The translations under genes were made by a program, and so were the position numbers. The notes under the pieces were generated by a model. It was not told the origin of the DNA, did not search any database, and saw only the letters and a program-made list of their open reading frames with translations. Of a stretch of 64,000 bases of DNA, positions 56,123-64,000 are shown in pieces (the first letter of the stretch is position 1; every line of letters starts with the position of its first letter). Source of the DNA: Eledone cirrhosa (Eukaryota); assembly GCA_964016885.1 (NCBI GenBank), contig OZ024745.1:86862001-86926000 (forward strand). Reading direction: 5' to 3'.

Positions 56123-56507
56123 CATTTAATAATGCTGACCTGGGTGCATTGAGTCTATGAACAATTTGAGGTCGTCATGGCTGGAACGTATATACAAATG
56201 ATATTGATGAAGAGAGAATGTGGAGAATACAGCAAAAACACACGGGGGATTTAACCTTTTCGTTACCATATTTCTAATGAAAAGTACTGCCTATGATATT
56301 CAAATAGTTTTGAAATTAAACAAAGATTTGGCGGGATTTAGTCACTTAACCATTATTAGGATTCCGTGTGGGACATAACATAACAAAGGTTCTTACATAA
56401 AATTATGATGGAAGGTTTTTAGATAAATATAAACACTTTAAAATAAACAGGTTTCGAGCAGTTTGGTATCAGAAGGATTTGAAAAAAAAAATGATATTTT
56501 TCTTTAC

Positions 56508-56634
56508 CTGTGGCAGCTTCAGATTTAGCATCAGTCTGCTGTATAGACGACGAGAACAATAACAACAGAAGATCTAAGCTGATGTGAAGGGGAAAACCTC
56601 GGACTAGCGGACCTGACAGATTTTGTTGTGTCAT
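56508..56634 (-). CDS. SMPDL3: SMPDL3-like coding exon 1 (signal-peptide-like)
   Basis: MTQQNLSGPLVRGFPLHISLDLLLLLFSSSIQQTDAKSEAAT G|gtaaag; the phase-1 join to exon 2 gives GYFWH. Confidence 0.65.
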
Positions 56635-56900
56635 TTTAAACAAATTTCAGAAACAACTTGAAAACATATATCAGATATTAAACGAAACGTCCTGTAATTC
56701 TCTCACTACATACTACACAAACCCCACACATACACACGTTCACGTATACATTCACAGTTACAAACTAATACATATATAGACACGCACATAAATTGTAGAT
56801 CCATCCGCATTCAGTTATATACAAACTCACAGTTACATACACACACACATACATATATATATATATACACATACATATATGAATATATATATATACATAC

Positions 56901-56932
<32 letters not shown>

Positions 56933-57294
56933 TTTTGTGTGTGTGTATGTAACTGTGAGTTTGTATGTATATATATATATATATGCACACACACAAACAC
57001 ACACACTAGACGTTCACACACTCAATTCCCACAAACACTTATACCAGACTACCCATACACTCTATTGAAGGTCAGGTCAGAATGTAAAACTATTTTTGAC
57101 ATGTGATCTACATGAATATATCACGTATTTGGCAGTTCTGATTTTGCAGGCAATGTAATATATATATTGAAATAAATATTCAAATAATATATTGGACATT
57201 GTTGGTAGCAGTATTGATGTCATTTGTGTTATTTTAAGGAAATATACGAATTCACGTAGACGGGTATACACACGCACATACAAACATAAACACA

Positions 57295-57340
<46 letters not shown>

Positions 57341-57519
57341 TATATAAGGAAAAAAGATGAAATCGAAAATACAACTGGAGTCTTTTTATTTTTAAATATA
57401 TATTTATTTGGTTCCTTTACCGGTTTCGCAGTTCTTCTGCTTTTCAAAAGAAGAATTGAGATGGAGGGTTTGTGGTTTTCTGACATCTGGTTGGTCTTTG
57501 AATGTTACTTCTGTTTTAT

Positions 57520-57875
57520 ATGGAAAAAAGTGGCTCGAAATGCCAGGTTTTTAGAGAAGTAATTTGGTTGGTGAATAAGTATAATAAATTTCGCGCCAGT
57601 TCGCGTTACAAAGTTCTTATTATATTTGCCTTCGAACAAAGGAGGGGGGGGGGGGGGATCAGGTTGTTTTTTCATATATGAGTGAAGTTTGGTTGGTTGA
57701 TGCAGTCACGTGAATAAGCACATCAGCTTTCGCGCCAGTTTGTTTGAATTTCATTTTACTTGAAAAAAGGTGGCTCACGAAGGCTTTTTTTAAATAAATT
57801 TAATTTGATTGGTTATAAATGAAATTATGACTGTCACGTGAACAAGTACATTAAATTTCGCGCCCGTATTTTGGA
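57520..57875. promoter_or_regulatory. Candidate promoter: triplicated module with E2F-like TTTCGCGCC, E-box GTCACGTGA and CCAAT-like boxes
   Basis: TTTCGCGCC three times (~57588, 57728, 57856), GTCACGTGA twice, GATTGG/TTTGGTTGG; it lies just upstream of a possible 5' exon ending CCG|gtaaag at 57421 on the minus strand. Confidence 0.55.
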
Positions 57876-58351
57876 ATTTTTATATAGCCATTTAGAGAAT
57901 TTTGTGCCAAACAAAAGATAATGGTCAAGAAAAATGGGATGAGGAGAATAGTTCTGGTTCAGTGAATATGGCTGGTGTGCTGGGGTGTCAAAATTCAGAC
58001 TTTCTATTGAAATAAAGAGAGTAGAGATATGTATGTTTACTTGTGTGCTGGTGTGTGTGTGTGTGTGTGTAAGAAGATGATTCTATTAGTAGAAATGGGG
58101 GAGGGTGTTGTGTGTGTGTGTATGGGTGTTATGTGTGTGTGTGTGTGTGTATGTGTGTGTGGGAGTATGTTTAGCATGTTAAGATGGAGAGAATATATAC
58201 ATTTTTGTGTGTGTGTGTAGGAAAATGATTCTGTTAGTAGAAATGGGGGAGGGAGTTGTGTGTGTGTGTATACATATATGTATGTACATATACATACTTC
58301 TATTTAAGTATCAGCCGTACTAAGAGTGAGAAATGAAATTTCGTTTGTTCC

Positions 58352-58500
58352 ATATATATTGAGAAGATTCAGGACCCCGACGGCTGAGTTCCGGCCGTTT
58401 CGACAGCTAGATCCCAACTAAACCATCGAGGTCCTGAATCTTTTCATATTACCCACTCTGGTGGGTTATGGTCCACCTGGTATTTTACCACACCCTATCT
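58352..58500. mobile_element. Fold-back family H copy
   Basis: Minus arm TAGCTGTC GAAA CGGC-loop-GCCG TC GGGGTCC; the plus arm matches the tail of 17350-17440; flanked by (TA)n. Confidence 0.7.
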
Positions 58501-58532
58501 GATATATATATATATCATTTATGTTAATCTGT

Positions 58533-58560
<28 letters not shown>

Positions 58561-58565
<5 letters not shown>

Positions 58566-58765
58566 CCTGCGGTGTTGAGACAAGGGAGACTACATGGGAG
58601 ATGCTGAGTGGGTATACAGATATGTTGTGCTACATCCTTGGAAGAGGCTTGAAGAACACAAAAGCCGAAACGTCTTAGCGCCGCGGTCGAGATTCTACAT
58701 ATTTCTGTAGCCTCTCAGCATCCATGATTAGTGGTCTCCCCGGTCTCAGCACCGCAGACTCTCTC
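58561..58765 (+). mobile_element. Fold-back element with a degenerate HHR, between (GA)n and (TC)n
   Basis: Arms 58561-58625 and 58697-58765; the centre reads TTGGAAGA GGCTT..AAGCC GAAA CG...GTC GAGAT. Confidence 0.6.
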
Positions 58766-58867
58766 TCTGTCTGTCTGTCTGTCTGTCTGACTTTCTCTCT
58801 CTCTCACTCCCTCTCTCATGAACTGAATTCACCAATATTCTATTCTATCCATACATCCTCTATTCTA

Positions 58868-58983
<116 letters not shown>

Positions 58984-59198
58984 CTCCCTCTGTCTGACGC
59001 GTGGAACATCGCCGGTAAGATTTTTTGTAAATTTATATACGAAAAACAGAACAAATTGTTTGAAAAAACATATTATTTTGTAGATTAACCCCCAAGCTAA
59101 ATTGTCAGCTGGGTGGTAATCCCATTTTTCGCCCCTTTAGGGGCGAACATTTAATTAAAAAATTGTTTTAAAATATCAAATTTTGCCAACTATAAAGC

Positions 59199-60960
59199 AT
59201 GAATAACACGCAGGGAACGCTAGAGAACGTCAATAGAGAAAAGAGAGAGAAAGAGGCAGATTTTAACGTTATATCTGCTTCTGCTACTATGGACGTCGCC
59301 ATAGATACGACTGTCAAAAAAGGAAAAAAAATATTGCCACTTGAAGATTGTACAATGTCTACCGTCGAAGCAGAAAGAAAAAAATGAAAACACAGGAATT
59401 AAACCCATTAACATACATACACATGAAAAAAAAACAACATCAACAACTGCACAGATACATCTACACATAAAGTTTCACCTCGTCAAGGAACTGAGATTTC
59501 CAACACCGAGGTTAACAACGATAACAACAACAACAACAGCAACACCACACAAAAAAAATGTCTTTCTCTAAAACAGTGAACAAAAAACAAGATTTTATAA
59601 ATCTAGACATCTCCAATGCAAGAGATATGCTCCAGCAAGGGAGAAAATCTGTAAGAAGGGTGGGTTTAGAATTAACTCAGCCCTTGAAAGAACAGAAGAC
59701 ACAGTGCGAAGAACAGTGATCTTTATGACTGTGGCCAATACCACGAGAAAGCCGATATAGTCAAGGAGATATAGAAAATACCTTGTAAGAAATTCTAGGA
59801 AATATCGAATTTCTCCAACGAAGAAAACAGTATGGAAGTGTTTCCATACTGTTTAAAAGCGAGGCACTCGAACAAAATCATTCTGCGACACCAATAGTGT
59901 CAAAAGCATTCACCTTTTTTCCCTACATACATGGGAATAGGGACACAAAAAATAAAAATAAAAAATATACCACCAGACATTAACATCTGGTGGATCTTAG
60001 CTGGCTTCGTAGTCAGAAAGTCTATTCGATAATGGTGGGCGGGTACTGATTTGGAGATTCTCTTGCAAATGAAGCCGGAGAGAATCTCCAAAATAGCCGA
60101 ATGAGCCGTCATCGATGATAACAACAAAATAAAGTTTTCTGTAGAAGGACAAAAATTTCATTGCTTTCACTGTGGTAGCACAGCACACCTAAATGCCTCT
60201 TGTCCGTCACAAACACACCACAACAACATCATTAAAAAAATACTATTACCAACACCAACACCAAAACAACCACCACCACCACAAGTACAATGACAGACGA
60301 AACGAGCAACCACACCAAAACAAACAGCCCCTCAACCAACAACAACAGAACAAACAGAGACAACACCCCTGAAGAACACAGCCCTCACCCCATCCAACTC
60401 CATCAAACACTACCACAAACACACACACCGAAACACCACCACACACAACATACCCCTACCCCACACTCCTGACGATGATTATTCATCGACGGATGAAGCT
60501 GCTTCTCCTTCTTTAAGTGAAGAAGAGGGAGAGCCGCGGAAATCTAAAAAACAGAAAGAGACACCACAAAACCCCCAAAACTCCAATTACAAACACTAAC
60601 ACAAACATCCCCCTACCAGCAAAACCAACACCAACACCACCCCAAACACAAGCACCCACCATAAAAAGAAAACTCCCGGACGAACAACAAACTAAAACAA
60701 CACAACAAAAACACAAACAACAATACGCATACATCAGCACAAACAACAATAGTTTGATGGAGGTCATCTCCCGAAACCCCAAGGTGGAGACAGAGGGCAA
60801 AACTTTCGTCAAGACAGAATCATCTCCACGCCTTAAACTTATAAGGGTTTCTATGGAAACCTATAATGGCGTGAAAAATAAATTTTCACTGGACGTGGGC
60901 AACTCCTGCCAGAAACCCATCAACCGCGTCCTGTTCAAATGTTTCCCCCACCCCACCTAA
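59199..60960 (+). pseudogene. LINE ORF1 remnant (gag-like zinc knuckle)
   Basis: KFHCFHCGSTAHLNASCP (CX2CX4HX4C) near 60154-60207, followed by T/P/K-rich low-complexity sequence; several frameshifts. Confidence 0.7.
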
Positions 60961-61040
60961 CACCCCATCCAGCACCCAACCCAGGAAACGAAAAGGTAAG
61001 TGCACATTTCGACCTATTTCTCAAACTCTTCTTCACCAAC

Positions 61041-63736
61041 ATGGCTAGTTTACGAGATGGAAGCGTGAATGTGCCTGGCCTAGGGATTCCCTGGAAACAG
61101 GGCCAACTTTTAAACGACCTTAGGTCACACGGTATGGATGTGTTAGCCATCACCGAGTCCAGGATCCACAACAGGCAGCAACTAACCCCCATCTTCGACA
61201 ACTTTGAGATCTACGCATCTCTCTGTCAGCCAGGAGGTGGAGGGGGAGTGGCTGTCATGTTTCGGAAGAACCTGGACGTCGAAGTACAGCAAGTACACTT
61301 GGACCCGGAGGGTAGACTGGTAGTTCTTGACGTGAACAGTATTGGAGGTGGAGCCTTCAGACTGGTGGCCGTTTATGCCCCGACCGGGTAATCGCAATCA
61401 CGGCCAGACTTCTTTAAGCGTCTAGAGTCTTTTCTGCGAACGTCTCGCTCCTTACTTTTAGAGGGGGACTAGATGCACGATGGGACTATGTGGGAGCATG
61501 TACCAGTAGAGGGGGTGCAACAGCCTCAAAACTTTAATCGCCCAATTCCAACTGGCCGATAGGTATCGACTGGATTTTCCAACTGCACAACAGTGGACGT
61601 GGGCAAACCGCAGCGGGACATCTAGATCGTATTTAGATAGGTTCTTCATTAGAGATAGGGACAAGGAGATGTTAAGCTGTCCACGAATGCACATGGTTGC
61701 CTATTCAGATCACAAATTAGTCGTCTGCTTAGTCAACCGTGATAGAATACATAGACAAGGACCCGGATACTGGAAGCTGAACATGTCGTTGCCGGCACTT
61801 AAAACTTAGAGTGAACGGATAAGTAGACTATTCAAGCAACAGTTAACGGGAGCCATCGTTAACAATAAATGGTGGTACTCTCTCAAGAAAGCAATTAGAA
61901 TAGAATCGATAGGGTTTACCAGAGAGTTAGCCTTAGAGAAAAACAAAATAGAAAGAGAACTAGTAGCCAAGGTAGAGGAGGCACTTAGAAGTGGAATCGC
62001 GGCTAGAGTGTTAGCGTCGAGAACGGCACTGGACCAGTTCTTCGATGCGAAACACGAAGGCTGCGTGGTCAGAAGCTGGGCCCGAGTGGCGGAGGCGAAA
62101 AGTGGCAACAAGTTCACGATTCGGTCTTTGAAAGAACAAAACGGACGTGTGCTACTTGAGCCCAAGCAAATGTGCGCGGTCTTTCAGCAGCAATTTGCGC
62201 GACTGTTTGAGCAGAACGACGGCGAGCCGAACAAGGCAATGGACTTTAGTTAATACCTCAACGGCCTGCCGCGTCTCTCGAACATGGACGCCGAGTTCTG
62301 CGAAAGACCGATCACGAACACTGAGATACGGGACGCTCTGGGCCGCTGAGGGAAACGCAAGTCACCCGGTCTAGATGGTCTACCCTATGAGTTTTACATA
62401 GGCATGCCGGACTTGTTCTCTGGCGTCCTCGAAGCCGTCTACTGCAATTGGCAGCAGAACGTGAGAATTCCCAGTTCTGCAGGAAAGGGTGTAGTAACGC
62501 TGATCAGGAAAGACGAGAACAAGGGGGACGAAATTAAGAACTTCAGGCCCATAACTTTGCTCAAAACCTGGTAGGGAAAGCGCAAAAAATGTGCAATCGC
62601 GACCAGGTCCATACACGACAACCTCCACCTCATGCGATACATCATAGAGAGGGTGGGTAGTAAACCCGGCTTCGGTGGGGCTCTGATCAATTTGGATCAG
62701 TTTAAGGCATTCGATAGGGTCGACCATCGATACTTGGAAACGGTTCTCAAGGCGGCCGGTTTCGGTCCCGTTTTCAGAGGATGGATCGAGGCGATGTACA
62801 TCAGCATCTGCTCGAGGGTGAAGGTGAAGGGCTACTTATCGGAGCCGTTCGCAATCATGCGTTCTATTTTACAGGGGTGCCCTCTCTCCTCCATTCTGTA
62901 TGTATTGACTCTAGAGCCACTACTGCGGAAATTGGAGCTGTTGCAGGGCATCTCTCTAGAACCGGGACTGCGCAAAGCGGCGTCGGCTTATGCCGACGAC
63001 ATGATGGTAATGGTGTCGAGCACTTCGGAAATCAAGGTGATCGGCAACTTACTGAAAGAATACGAAACGCTGACGGGAGCAAAACTAAACCCGGACAAGT
63101 CTGTCGGTTTGCAACTCGGTACGTGGAGAGGCAAACCGATGACGTCCGACAGCGTCGTTGGACGCTGGACGGACGGACCAGTGAAATTGCTCGGGGTCTG
63201 GTTCGGTCCAGACCGCCAGGTGGAGAAAAACTGGAACGTGGTCATGGCCAAGGTGTTTGCACTCACCCAGAAGTGGGCAGAGTGCAAACTGTACTTGAAA
63301 GGTCGAGCGGAGGTGGACGTGTCTAAGATGTACGCAGGACATTGAAACAGTCCTGCACGCAATTGTACACTTCCCGGGCGTAACCGACCTGTGGAACTAT
63401 GCAGAACAACTTCTGTCGCGTATGGAACAAATCCAGTTGACTGCGGAGTCCATAGTAAGGATCAAACCGCCAGCATCTTTCAAAAACGAAAGAGAGGCGG
63501 TTTTCCTCTGTACAGTGGCTATGGTGAAAGAACTTATATGGTGGACGAGATTGAGAGGACTGAGGACAGATCTCTTTCTCTCCGGGCAACAATTGATTCC
63601 CTTCTTTAAGTATCACTTTAGAAGGAGAATCAGAGTGGAGAGAGAGGCACTACACCCCAGTAAATTTACTGAAAGGTGGGTGAATGAAGCGAAAATGGCC
63701 CGAGTGATTGGGCCTTCTCTGTTTATAAGCCTGTAG
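61041..63736 (+). pseudogene. LINE ORF2 remnant (APE endonuclease plus reverse transcriptase)
   Basis: SVNVPGL, DVLAITES, GVAV, VYAP, YLDRF, SDH; GLDGLPYEFY, FRPITLL, LDQFKAFDRVDH, QGCPLS, YADD, LLGV; multiple stops, frameshifts and deletions. Confidence 0.92.
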
Positions 63737-63969
63737 GTTGAAGAAGAGAGCAAAAGGAAGAAGGGAACACTTGCACAGCACGCTCCTGGAGTTGAAGTTT
63801 GTTCTATCGACGGGGTATTAAACAACCCATTTGCGGCGCTTCTCCCCTATTGGGGATTTCGATTGTTGTAATTGTTTGTTTTTATATTTTTTACACGACT
63901 GTATGTAAAATCCCTGGTATGTCTTTGTATTGTCCCCTTTTCTTGTGCTCCCTTGTGGCAAATAAAGAA

Positions 63970-64000
<31 letters not shown>
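63970..64000 (+). repeat. (TATC)n at the LINE 3' end
   Basis: Direct reading; runs off the window. Confidence 0.95.

Larger units (their letters stand above)
20617..56634 (-). pseudogene. SMPDL3: Acid sphingomyelinase-like phosphodiesterase 3 locus (5' four coding exons, apparently disabled)
   Basis: Metallophosphoesterase motifs in order: FWHITDLHYD, GDYDCDAP, VWTG|DN..H, GNHD, SLNT.LYY, DP.GQF.WL. Splice phases are compatible (1,2,1). Two exonic SINE insertions and one frameshift. Later exons were not recognised. Confidence 0.82.
58990..63969 (+). mobile_element. Near full-length decayed L1/Tx1-clade non-LTR retrotransposon
   Basis: ORF1 remnant with CCHC knuckle, ORF2 with APE and RT motifs, 3' AATAAA; (TATC)n on both sides. 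Confidence 0.9.

Noticed and set aside
57229-57486. ORF MSENHKPS... as the true first coding exon
   Set aside because: Splicing to the next acceptor gives an immediate stop; it is more likely 5' UTR or a uORF.
59082-59148. Two hairpins in the LINE 5' UTR as an HDV-like ribozyme
   Set aside because: The nested double pseudoknot could not be built; only simple hairpins are supported.

Overview
AT-rich, repeat-dense eukaryotic DNA. The SINE/LINE repertoire and microsatellite load suggest a cephalopod (Octopus-like) genome; this is inferred from recalled repeat motifs, not from a search. The only host gene is a minus-strand acid-sphingomyelinase-like phosphodiesterase (SMPDL3-like), with four exons found between 56634 and 20617. 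It looks disabled: SINEs with target-site duplications sit in exons 2 and 3, and exon 4 has a frameshift/stop. Its ~31-kb intron holds a ~24.7-kb array of a 46-bp unit and a Helitron-like element carrying a 91-93-bp minisatellite. A decayed near full-length L1/Tx1-type LINE lies between (TATC)n tracts at the right end. The main observation is a dense set of minimal type-I hammerhead ribozymes (HHRs) from about ten different sequence families. They occur in short elements inserted in microsatellites, most with the same head-to-head fold-back geometry. The set includes a tandem 474-bp retrozyme-like array, a Penelope-like GIY-YIG remnant as the likely mobiliser, and a TACTC...GAGTGCT stem shared downstream of several ribozymes. 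All ribozyme folds were assigned by eye and are untested.
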